Shown in pieces: positions 19,740-28,207 of a stretch of 31,221 nt of DNA. The stretch's first letter is position 1. Each line of letters begins with the position of its first letter. This DNA comes from Clostridia bacterium (GTDB lineage: Bacteria > Bacillota > Clostridia > Oscillospirales > Acutalibacteraceae): positions 1 to 31,221 of the forward strand of contig CAAGGN010000124.1 of assembly GCA_900769375.1 (NCBI GenBank), in the 5' to 3' direction. Below the pieces are notes generated by a model. It made no database searches. It was not told where the DNA came from and saw only the letters and a program-made list of their open reading frames with translations. Made by a program: the position numbers and the translations under genes.

Positions 19740-19895
19740 ATTTCACTCTCCGAAAAAACGATATACGGAGATTATATCACAAAAATCTCCTCGCGTAAAT
19801 AATAATTTATATAATACTATATTGATTTTTGGTAAATTTTGAGTTATACTTTAGTTTAGGTATCTCTGCTTATTTTCCCAACACGGAGGTTTAAT

Positions 19896-20633
19896 GTGTT
19901 AGAACTTAAAAATGTCTCCTTCCGCGCCGAAAACGAGGACGGAGTAAAGGAAATTTTAAAAAATATTTCACTTAAAATAGATGATGGCTTTGTTGCCATA
20001 ACAGGACCCAACGGCGGCGGTAAATCTACCCTTGCTAAAATCATTGCAGGTATCATCACTCCCACCGAAGGTCAGATTTTACTCGACGGCGAGGATATAA
20101 CCAACCTTTCCATAACCGAAAGAGCTAAAAGAGGTATATCCTTTGCTTTTCAGCAGCCCGTTCGCTTCAAGGGTATCACCGTTGGCGACCTTATAAAGCT
20201 TGCGGCGGGTAAGGATATAGACATTGGCGAATGCTGCGATTATCTTTCCCAGGTAGGTCTTTGCGCAAGAGATTATATAAACCGCGAGGTTGACGCTTCC
20301 CTTTCAGGCGGCGAACTTAAAAGAATTGAGATTGCCACAGTTCTCGCCAGAGGCAGTAAGGTATCCCTTTTTGATGAGCCCGAAGCAGGTATCGACCTTT
20401 GGAGCTTTGGCAACCTTATCAATGTTTTTGAGCGCCTCCACGAAACCAACGGCGGCTCTATAATCATCATTTCCCACCAAGAGCGAATTTTAAATATTGC
20501 AGATAACGTAGTTGTTATCGCGGCGGGAAATCTTAAGGCCTATGGACCTAAGGACGACATTCTCCCCGAGCTTTTAGGGGTTACCGCCTCTGCTTGCAGT
20601 GTGCTTACCGAAAATATGAAGGAGGCGGACTGA
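19896..20633 (+). CDS. SufC/SmsC-like Fe-S assembly ABC ATPase
   Basis: GPNGGGKST, ITERAKRGISFAFQQP, LSGGELKRIEIA, FDEPEAGIDL; coupled to a SufBD-like gene. Confidence 0.85.
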   Translation: MLELKNVSFRAENEDGVKEILKNISLKIDDGFVAITGPNGGGKSTLAKIIAGIITPTEGQILLDGEDITNLSITERAKRGISFAFQQPVRFKGITVGDLIKLAAGKDIDIGECCDYLSQVGLCARDYINREVDASLSGGELKRIEIATVLARGSKVSLFDEPEAGIDLWSFGNLINVFERLHETNGGSIIIISHQERILNIADNVVVIAAGNLKAYGPKDDILPELLGVTASACSVLTENMKEAD

Positions 20634-21556
20634 TGAATATTACCAATATTGAAAAAGACCTCTTAAAGATTATTGCAGATATGGACGGTACCCCCACGGG
20701 CGCCTTCAATATCCGCGCTAACGGCGCTCTTGCAGAACGAAAAGTTACCGAAAATATTGATATTAAGAATAAAGAAGACGGCAAGGGAATTATAGTTACC
20801 GTCCGTCCCAATACCAAGGGCGAAACGGTGCATATTCCCGTAGTTGTAAACGCTACCGATTTCACCGATTTGGTTTATAATGACTTTATAATCGGCGAAA
20901 ATGCCGATATTACCATTATGGCGGGTTGCGGAATCCATAACTGCGGCGAGGGCGACTCGGGTCACGACGGAATTCATACCTTCTTCGTTGGCAAAAACGC
21001 CAAGATCAAGTATATCGAGCGCCACTATGGCGAAGGCGACGGCTCAGGCAAAAATATTATGAACCCCACCACCGTCATAAATATCGCCGAGGGCGGATAT
21101 ATGGAAATGGAAACCACTCAGATTAAGGGTATCGATTCCACCAACCGTATTACCACCGCTAATCTCGATAGCGATGCTACCTTGGTTATCAAGGAAAAGC
21201 TTATGACCCACGGGGTGCAGCGAGCCGATACGGATTTCACCGTAAATCTTAACGGCGAGGGCTCGGGAGCTAATGTTATTTCCCGTTCGGTTGCTAAGGA
21301 CAAGTCCTTCCAGATGTTTAAGTCCAATATTAACGGCAACGCCCTTTGCTCAGGTCATACCGAGTGCGACGCCATTATTATGGATGAAGCCAAGGTTTGC
21401 GCCATACCCGAAATAAACGCAAACCATATTGACGCTTCTCTTATCCACGAGGCCGCCATCGGTAAAATCGCAGGCGAACAACTTACAAAGCTTATGACCT
21501 TGGGCCTTACCGAGCAAGAGGCAGAGGAACAGATAGTAAACGGATTTTTGAAATAA
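20633..21556 (+). CDS. SufB/SufD-family (SmsB-like) Fe-S scaffold protein
   Basis: AGCGIHN, GHTECDAIIM, HEAAIGKIAGEQLTKLMTLGLTEQEAEEQIVNGFL; TGATG overlap with the upstream gene. Confidence 0.88.
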   Translation: MNITNIEKDLLKIIADMDGTPTGAFNIRANGALAERKVTENIDIKNKEDGKGIIVTVRPNTKGETVHIPVVVNATDFTDLVYNDFIIGENADITIMAGCGIHNCGEGDSGHDGIHTFFVGKNAKIKYIERHYGEGDGSGKNIMNPTTVINIAEGGYMEMETTQIKGIDSTNRITTANLDSDATLVIKEKLMTHGVQRADTDFTVNLNGEGSGANVISRSVAKDKSFQMFKSNINGNALCSGHTECDAIIMDEAKVCAIPEINANHIDASLIHEAAIGKIAGEQLTKLMTLGLTEQEAEEQIVNGFLK

Positions 21557-23298
21557 TGAAAACCTTAAAACTTATTAAACGCTTTTTGCCCTACTATAAA
21601 AAACATATAGGAACCTTGATTTTCGACCTTGTTTGCGCAATGCTTACAACGGTTTGCGAATTAGTGCTTCCCATGATAGTAAGGGAAATAACGGGCAGAG
21701 CCACCGATAATATCGCCGCTCTCACGGTGCCTTTTATTATTAAAACAGGCGTATTTTATATCGTTCTCCGTATTATTGATACCCTCGCCAATTACTATAT
21801 GGCGTCGGTTGGTCACATAATGGGCACGAAAATTGAGACCGATATGAGAAGGGATATGTTTTCCCATCTTCAGAAGCTTTCCTTCTCCTTTTACGATAAT
21901 ACAAAAGTGGGCAGTATTATGTCGCGAATTACAAGCGACCTTTTCGACGTTACGGAATTCGCCCACCACTGCCCCGAGGAATTTTTAATTGCGGGAATTA
22001 AGATTATCGCCGCCTTTATAATTCTTTGCGGCGTAAATATTCCCTTAACTCTTATAATTTTCTCGATTATTCCTCCTATGCTTATAGTGCTTCGCCACTT
22101 CAACAAAAAGATGAAGGCGGGATTCAGAGAATCCCGTAAAAGCGTTGCGGAACTTAATTCCTGCGTTGAGGATAGTTTGCTCGGTATCCGTGTTGTTAAA
22201 TCCTTTGCGGGCGAATCTCTCGAAGAAGAAAAATTTGAAAACGGCAATCTGGGCTTTTTGAATATTAAGTCCAAGGTTTATAGATATATGGCAGGATTCC
22301 ATTCCTGTACCCGATTTTTTGACGGACTTATGTATATCACCGTGGTCGTAGCGGGCGCCCTCTTTATGATAAAGGGCTCCATCGACGCGGCGGATTTCGT
22401 TGCCTATCTTTTATACGTTTCCACCCTTCTTACCTCTATCAGAAGAATTGTCGAATTTGCAGAGCAGTTCCAAAGAGGTATGACGGGTATCGAGCGTTTT
22501 GCCGAGATTATGGATACAAATCCCGATATTGTTGACAGTAAGAGCGCCAAGCCCATTAAGGACGTTAAGGGTGAAATCTGCTTTGACGACGTTACCTTCC
22601 GCTATTCTGAAGATACCAAAGAGGTCTTAACCCATATAAATCTTAAAATCGGCGTTGGTGAAAACGTGGCTCTCGTTGGACCTTCGGGCGGCGGAAAGAC
22701 CACTATTTGTTCCCTGATTCCGAGATTTTATGATATTGATAGCGGTGTTATAACCCTTGACGGTAAAAATATTAAGAATATCACCCTTAAATCCCTTCGC
22801 GAGAATATTGGTATCGTGCAACAGGATGTTTATCTTTTCTCGGGCAGTGTTTATGAAAATATTGCCTACGGTAAGCCCGATGCCACCAAAGAAGAAATCG
22901 AAAACGCCGCCCGTCTCGCAGGGGCAGATAAGTTTATTGAAGGTCTCCCCGAAGGGTATAATACCTATGTTGGTGAGCGGGGCGTTAAACTTTCGGGCGG
23001 TCAGAAGCAAAGAATTTCTATCGCGAGGGTTTTCCTTAAAAACCCACCCGTACTTATTCTCGATGAGGCAACAAGCGCCCTCGATAACGAATCAGAAAAA
23101 CTCGTTCAAGCGTCACTTGAACGGCTTCAAAAGGGCAGAACAACCCTCACCATAGCCCACCGCCTTACCACCATTAAAAATGCAGATAAGATTATTGTTC
23201 TTACTGCCGACGGTATCGCCGAAAGCGGTACGCACAGTGAACTTCTGCAAAAAGGCGGACTTTACAGCGAATTATATAGTTCATATAGCGAAGATTGA
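21556..23298 (+). CDS. ABC exporter, TMD+NBD fusion (multidrug/lipid exporter type)
   Basis: N-terminal 6-TM domain, GPSGGGKT, VGERGVKLSGGQKQR, LILDEATSALD, IAHRL. Confidence 0.93.
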   Translation: MKTLKLIKRFLPYYKKHIGTLIFDLVCAMLTTVCELVLPMIVREITGRATDNIAALTVPFIIKTGVFYIVLRIIDTLANYYMASVGHIMGTKIETDMRRDMFSHLQKLSFSFYDNTKVGSIMSRITSDLFDVTEFAHHCPEEFLIAGIKIIAAFIILCGVNIPLTLIIFSIIPPMLIVLRHFNKKMKAGFRESRKSVAELNSCVEDSLLGIRVVKSFAGESLEEEKFENGNLGFLNIKSKVYRYMAGFHSCTRFFDGLMYITVVVAGALFMIKGSIDAADFVAYLLYVSTLLTSIRRIVEFAEQFQRGMTGIERFAEIMDTNPDIVDSKSAKPIKDVKGEICFDDVTFRYSEDTKEVLTHINLKIGVGENVALVGPSGGGKTTICSLIPRFYDIDSGVITLDGKNIKNITLKSLRENIGIVQQDVYLFSGSVYENIAYGKPDATKEEIENAARLAGADKFIEGLPEGYNTYVGERGVKLSGGQKQRISIARVFLKNPPVLILDEATSALDNESEKLVQASLERLQKGRTTLTIAHRLTTIKNADKIIVLTADGIAESGTHSELLQKGGLYSELYSSYSED

Positions 23299-23314
23299 TT
23301 TTTAAAAAAGCGAG

Positions 23315-24094
23315 GTGATAACGCTTATGGAAAACTTTTTATCTGCGGCCATAGTTACCTATAATGATATTGATAAGGTGCGTGACGCCGTGCTTTCCAT
23401 AAAGGAAAACACCAAGCGTTATCCCCTTAAACTTTATATAATTGATAACGGCTCTACCGACGGAACTGCCGATTACTTTAAGGATTATGATCTTACGGTA
23501 ATCGAAAACGGAAAAAATCTGGGCTTCGGAGCCGCTCATAATAAAGTTCTTAATCTGCCTCTCGGTAAATATCACTTCATCATAAATCCGGATATTGTCA
23601 TAAAAAGCGACGTGCTTTCCGATATGGCGGATTTTATGGAAGAAAATCCCGACGTCGCCCTTATGATGCCTAATATTTTAAACGGGGACGGTTCAATTCA
23701 GTATCTTCCAAAAGAAATTCCTACGACGCGATATTTATTTTTAGGTCGACTGGCGCGACTTGGCGGAAACTTTAAAAAAATCCGCGAAGAATATGTCTGG
23801 GCCGACCGCGAAATTGCGGATACCGCCGATATAGATTTCGTAAGCGGTTGCTTTATGTGCATAAAAAGCGAGGTCTTTAAAGCCCTTGGCGGATTTGACG
23901 AAAGGTATTTTATGTATCTTGAAGATGCAGATTTAACCCTTCGGGCTAAAAAAATGGGCCGCGCGGTTATAAATCCAAATATCGCCGTTACTCACTCTTG
24001 GGAGCGGGAAAGCGCCAAAAAACTCAAATATTTATTTATTCATCTTTCATCGGCAAGAAAATTTTTAAGAAGGCGGAGGAAAAAGGAAATATGA
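23315..24094 (+). CDS. GT2 glycosyltransferase, probable rhamnosyltransferase (WbbL-like)
   Basis: IVTYN, IDNGSTDG, NLGFGAAHN, INPD, GGFDERYFMYLEDADL; upstream of rml genes; start may be 23327. Confidence 0.85.
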   Translation: MITLMENFLSAAIVTYNDIDKVRDAVLSIKENTKRYPLKLYIIDNGSTDGTADYFKDYDLTVIENGKNLGFGAAHNKVLNLPLGKYHFIINPDIVIKSDVLSDMADFMEENPDVALMMPNILNGDGSIQYLPKEIPTTRYLFLGRLARLGGNFKKIREEYVWADREIADTADIDFVSGCFMCIKSEVFKALGGFDERYFMYLEDADLTLRAKKMGRAVINPNIAVTHSWERESAKKLKYLFIHLSSARKFLRRRRKKEI

Positions 24095-24975
24095 AAATTT
24101 TAATTACGGGCTGCCACGGCCAACTTGGAAATGAACTTATTTCCATACTCAATAGCGGCAAGAGTGAAATCGGTCCTATGCCCTCGGCCCTTGAAAACGC
24201 CGAAATCTGCGCCGTGGATATTGATACTCTCGATATTTCGGATGCCACCGCAGTTAAATCTTTAGTGGCGGCAGAAAAGTGTGATGTTATTATTAACTGC
24301 GCCGCTATGACAAACGTTGACGGATGCGAAAGCGACTACGAGACCGCCTTTAAGGTTAACGCCATGGGCGTTAGAAATCTCGCTATGGCGGCAAAAAGCG
24401 TTGATGCCAAGCTTATCCATGTTTCTACCGATTATGTTTTTGCAGGGGACGGCGTTCGCCCCTATGTTGAGTGGGATAAGGTAGACCCTCAAAGCGCTTA
24501 CGGCGCATCCAAGGCACTTGGTGAAAGATACGCCTTAGAGTTTAACGATAAAACCTTTGTTGTACGCACCTCCTGGCTTTACGGATACGTCGGCAAAAAC
24601 TTTGTTAAGACCGTAAGAAGAATTTTAAAAGAAAAGGGCGCTATGACCGTTGTTAACGACCAACGCGGTAACCCCACCAACGCCAACGATTTGGCGCACC
24701 ATCTTTTAAAACTCGCCTTAACCGAAGAATACGGAATTTATCATTGCACAGGAGAAGGCGAATGCACCTGGTATGATTTTGCCAAGAAAATCGCCGAGCT
24801 TTCGGGATATGACGGGGATATAGTTAAGCCCTGTACGTCTGACGAATTCCCATCCCCAACTAAACGACCCGCCTATTCTTCTCTTCGCAATTTAGCCCTT
24901 CAGTGTACCGTGGGTAATGAAATGCGAAACTGGGAAGCAGCAATAGAAAACTATATTAAAAATCTGGAGGACTAA
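24091..24975 (+). CDS. rmlD: dTDP-4-dehydrorhamnose reductase
   Basis: ITGCHGQLG, NCAAMTNVDGCE, STDYVF, YGASK, DQRGNPT, KRPAYS. Confidence 0.94.
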   Translation: MKILITGCHGQLGNELISILNSGKSEIGPMPSALENAEICAVDIDTLDISDATAVKSLVAAEKCDVIINCAAMTNVDGCESDYETAFKVNAMGVRNLAMAAKSVDAKLIHVSTDYVFAGDGVRPYVEWDKVDPQSAYGASKALGERYALEFNDKTFVVRTSWLYGYVGKNFVKTVRRILKEKGAMTVVNDQRGNPTNANDLAHHLLKLALTEEYGIYHCTGEGECTWYDFAKKIAELSGYDGDIVKPCTSDEFPSPTKRPAYSSLRNLALQCTVGNEMRNWEAAIENYIKNLED

Positions 24976-24979
24976 AACT

Positions 24980-26047
24980 ATGAAAACCTATCTTGTTACC
25001 GGTGGCGCCGGATTCATTGGCTCAAACTTCGTTATCTATATGTTAAATAAATACGAAGATATTAAAATTATCAATGTTGATAAACTTACCTATGCAGGTA
25101 ACCTTGAAAATCTTAAAAGCGTTGAAAACGACCCCCGCTATACCTTCGTTCAGGCCGACATTTGCGACAGAGAAGCAATTTCCAAAATCTTCGCAGAAAA
25201 CGAGGTTGATTATGTAGTTAACTTTGCGGCAGAAAGCCACGTTGACCGCTCCATCACCAACCCCGAAATCTTCGTTAAGACCAACGTTGAGGGCACCGTT
25301 AATATGCTTCAGTGCGCCAAGGTTGCCTGGACTATAGGTGACGACCAATATAAAGAGGGCGTAAAGTATCTTCAGGTTTCTACCGACGAGGTTTACGGTT
25401 CTTTGGGCGATGAGGGTTACTTTATGGAAACAACTCCCCTCGACCCCCACTCCCCCTATTCTTCATCCAAGGCATCTGCCGATTTCTTTGTAAAGGCCTT
25501 TGGGGATACATATAAATTCCCCATCAATATCACCCGTTGCTCTAATAACTACGGTCCCTTCCAGTTCCCCGAAAAGCTTATTCCCCTTATTATGAATAAT
25601 ACCTTGCAGCACAAGGATCTTCCCGTTTACGGTGACGGTATGCAGATTCGCGACTGGCTCTACGTTGAGGACCACTGCAAAGCCATTGATATGGTTATCA
25701 CAGGCGGCCGCCTTGGCGAAGTTTATAACGTTGGCGGTCATAACGAACGCCCCAATATTTTCATAGTTAAGTCCATCATTGAATATATCAAGGAAAACGT
25801 TGACTCTACCGTTGGCGAGCATATGATTAAGCACGTTACCGACCGAAAGGGTCACGACCGCCGTTACGGAATCGACCCCCAGAAAATCAAAGACGAGCTT
25901 GGTTGGTATCCCGAAACCTGTTTTGAGGTTGGTATTAAGAAAACTTTAAAATGGTATCTTGATAACAAAGAGTGGTTTGATAATGTTACCAGTGGCGCTT
26001 ATCAGAAGTATTATGATACTATGTATAGCGGCAAAGAGGAGATTTAA
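24980..26047 (+). CDS. rmlB: dTDP-glucose 4,6-dehydratase
   Basis: GGAGFIGSN, AAESHVDRSI, STDEVYG, SPYSSSKA, FPEKLIP, DRKGHDRRY. Confidence 0.97.
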   Translation: MKTYLVTGGAGFIGSNFVIYMLNKYEDIKIINVDKLTYAGNLENLKSVENDPRYTFVQADICDREAISKIFAENEVDYVVNFAAESHVDRSITNPEIFVKTNVEGTVNMLQCAKVAWTIGDDQYKEGVKYLQVSTDEVYGSLGDEGYFMETTPLDPHSPYSSSKASADFFVKAFGDTYKFPINITRCSNNYGPFQFPEKLIPLIMNNTLQHKDLPVYGDGMQIRDWLYVEDHCKAIDMVITGGRLGEVYNVGGHNERPNIFIVKSIIEYIKENVDSTVGEHMIKHVTDRKGHDRRYGIDPQKIKDELGWYPETCFEVGIKKTLKWYLDNKEWFDNVTSGAYQKYYDTMYSGKEEI

Positions 26048-26050
26048 TTA

Positions 26051-26602
26051 ATGGGCAAGTTTAATTTTATCAAAACCTCTATTGATGGAGTTATCATTGT
26101 TGAACCCACCGCCTTCGGCGATAGCCGCGGCTACTTTATGGAGACCTATCAGAAGGAGGATTTTAAAGCGGGCGGAATTGATATCGATTTTGTTCAGGAT
26201 AATCAGTCAATGTCTACAAAAGGTGTTCTTCGTGGACTTCATTTTCAGATTAATTACCCCCAGACCAAGCTTGTGCGCTGTGTAAGAGGCGAGGTTTTTG
26301 ATGTTTGCGTGGATTTAAGAGAGGGCTCAGAAACCTACGGCAAATGGGAGGGCGTTATCCTTTCGGCTGAAAACAAGCGCCAGTTTTTAGTGCCTAAGGG
26401 CTTTGCTCACGGCTTTGTAGTGCTTTCCGATGAGGCAGAGTTCTGCTATAAGGTTGATGACTACTATCATCCCAATGACGAGGGCGGCCTTATGTGGAAC
26501 GACCCCGATATTGCTATCGAGTGGCCCATCCCCGATGATATGGAAATTAAACTTTCCGATAAGGATAAAATCCACCCCGCTTTCAAAGATTTTAAAAAAT
26601 AA
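26051..26602 (+). CDS. rmlC: dTDP-4-dehydrorhamnose 3,5-epimerase
   Basis: DSRGYFME, FVQDNQS, VLRGLHFQ, PKGFAHGF, LSDKD. Confidence 0.97.
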   Translation: MGKFNFIKTSIDGVIIVEPTAFGDSRGYFMETYQKEDFKAGGIDIDFVQDNQSMSTKGVLRGLHFQINYPQTKLVRCVRGEVFDVCVDLREGSETYGKWEGVILSAENKRQFLVPKGFAHGFVVLSDEAEFCYKVDDYYHPNDEGGLMWNDPDIAIEWPIPDDMEIKLSDKDKIHPAFKDFKK

Positions 26603-26664
26603 TTTAAAATAATAAATAAAACCTCCCTTTTTGGCAAAAATATTTGCAAAGGGAGGTTTTTAAT

Positions 26665-26847
26665 ATGCAAAGCGGAAGCACAATGAATTTTCTTAAGGGT
26701 ATGGGCGCAGGAATGATAGCAGGCGCCGCCGCGGTAATTGTTGGCAAGGTAATGATGCAGGAAAAAGGGACCGTATCAAAAGGCACCGCCAAAATTGCCA
26801 AGGCCGTAGGCGAATTCGCCCAGGGCGTACAGACAATGTTTCATTAA
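26665..26847 (+). CDS. Small hypothetical membrane-associated protein (60 aa)
   Basis: Strong GGGAGG RBS; Gly/Ala-rich hydrophobic segment followed by an amphipathic helix; terminator downstream. Confidence 0.7.
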   Translation: MQSGSTMNFLKGMGAGMIAGAAAVIVGKVMMQEKGTVSKGTAKIAKAVGEFAQGVQTMFH

Positions 26848-26884
26848 AAAAAGCGGAACGGCACATTGGCCGTTCCCTACAACA

Positions 26885-26923
26885 AAAACCACCCAAAAGA
26901 ATTTTATCTTTTCGGGTGGTTTT
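26885..26923. terminator. Rho-independent terminator
   Basis: AAAACCACCCAAAAGA-loop-TCTTTTCGGGTGGTTTT imperfect stem. Confidence 0.7.
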
Positions 26924-26982
26924 ACTATATACATTTTATAACATTTTGTAGTACAATAAAGAAAAATGTCGGAGGTAATATT

Positions 26983-27822
26983 ATGACAAACACAATTAGC
27001 AATCAAACCCTGTTTTCTTTTATAAATTTTTTAAGAGAAAATGAAAAAAGCTCGAAGACCGTCGAAAAATACGTTCGTGATATCCGTCATTTTTTAAAAT
27101 TTCTGAATGGGCGTGAGCCCAACCGCGCTCTCCTTTTATCCTATAAATCCGCCATTAAGGAAGATTACGCCGTAACAAGCGCCAATTCTAAAATAGCGGC
27201 TATAAATTCTTTTTTCAGATTTTTAAAACGAGATGACCTTATATTAAAACAGTTTAAGGTTCAGCGAAAAGTTTTTTGCTCCGCTGAAAAGGAACTTACT
27301 AAGGCGGAATATTTTCGCCTTGTCAACGCCGCAAAAAACACGGGTAACCGCCGTCTCAATCTTCTTATGCAAACGGTTTGTTCAACAGGCATCAGAATAA
27401 GCGAGCTTCCGTTTATAACGGTAGAAGCGGTGGAAAATCTGGAAGCGCAGGTTTCTCTCAAGGGCAAAAACAGAGTTATTTTTATTAGCCCTGCATTGCA
27501 GAAAAAATTAAAGCAATATATTCGTGATGAAAATATAAAATCGGGTCCCGTATTTATCACTAAAAACGGAAACCCGATGAATCGGAGCAATATATGGCGC
27601 GAAATGAAAAAACTTTGCGCCTTGGCAGGTGTTTCGGAAAACAAGGTCTTTCCTCATAACCTGCGTCATCTTTTCGCAAGAATATTCTACGGAATTGAAA
27701 AGGATATTATAAAACTTGCGGATATTTTAGGTCACAGTAATATTAACACTACCCGTATATATATAATGAGTAGCGGAGAAGAACACAGAAAAAGAATAGA
27801 AACTATGAAATTGATAATATAA
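26983..27822 (+). CDS. Tyrosine recombinase (Xer-like, probable invertase)
   Basis: GGAGG RBS; core-binding N-domain (KTVEKYVRDI); catalytic TGIRISE (R), LKGK (K), HNLRH (H-x-x-R), LGHS (H), TTRIY (Y); 279 aa, too short for an arm-binding domain. Confidence 0.93.
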   Translation: MTNTISNQTLFSFINFLRENEKSSKTVEKYVRDIRHFLKFLNGREPNRALLLSYKSAIKEDYAVTSANSKIAAINSFFRFLKRDDLILKQFKVQRKVFCSAEKELTKAEYFRLVNAAKNTGNRRLNLLMQTVCSTGIRISELPFITVEAVENLEAQVSLKGKNRVIFISPALQKKLKQYIRDENIKSGPVFITKNGNPMNRSNIWREMKKLCALAGVSENKVFPHNLRHLFARIFYGIEKDIIKLADILGHSNINTTRIYIMSSGEEHRKRIETMKLII

Positions 27823-27857
27823 AAAATCCGTCTGCGGTGAGGACGAAAAATAAAAAA

Positions 27858-27885
27858 ATACAACATAATAGGCATTATGTTATAA
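27858..27885. repeat. dif-like recombination site 1
   Basis: ATACAACATAA-TAGGCA-TTATGTTATAA (11-6-11). Confidence 0.85.
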
Positions 27886-27888
27886 CGT

Positions 27889-27916
27889 AAATCACATAAT
27901 AGGCATTATGTTGTAT
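27889..27916. repeat. dif-like recombination site 2 (direct to site 1, 31-bp offset)
   Basis: AAATCACATAA-TAGGCA-TTATGTTGTAT. Confidence 0.85.
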
Positions 27917-28068
27917 GGATGAATTTAAAAAATCACCGAAACCCCCAATTGAATAAAAACGCAAAAAAATAAGCGTAACAAAAAAACCTTTAAGGAAAAA
28001 ATTTCCTAAAAAGGTTTGTTTTGCTACACCTAATATTGAAAAAAATGGCTTTAAAATGCGAAAAAACC

Positions 28069-28097
28069 TTGATAAAACCTAATATGTATGCTATAAT
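28069..28097 (+). promoter_or_regulatory. Sigma-A promoter inside the putative invertible segment (ON orientation)
   Basis: TTGATA (28069-28074), 17 bp, TG-c-TATAAT (28092-28097). Confidence 0.8.
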
Positions 28098-28139
28098 AAA
28101 ACACAATTAAATTTGAAGAATTCGATTTGTGTTTAATTT

Positions 28140-28167
28140 ATACAACATAATGCCTATTATGTTGTCA
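28140..28167. repeat. dif-like recombination site 3 (inverted)
   Basis: ATACAACATAA-TGCCTA-TTATGTTGTCA; spacer is the reverse complement of TAGGCA; 23-bp perfect IR with site 2 and 22-bp with site 1. Confidence 0.87.
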
Positions 28168-28207
28168 TAAAATATACATAATGACAAGAAGGCGGTGGCA
28201 AATCAAA

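Noticed and set aside
26983..27822. Prophage/ICE integrase marking a mobile element
   Set aside because: No arm-binding domain, excisionase, phage or conjugation genes visible; the adjacent sites are inverted around a promoter. Horizontal origin of the module is not excluded
27858..28167. Chromosomal dif site or CRISPR-like array
   Set aside because: Three copies with near-symmetric arms, a TAGGCA spacer and one inversion beside a dedicated recombinase fit an inverton better than a single-copy dif; no repeat-spacer array or cas genes
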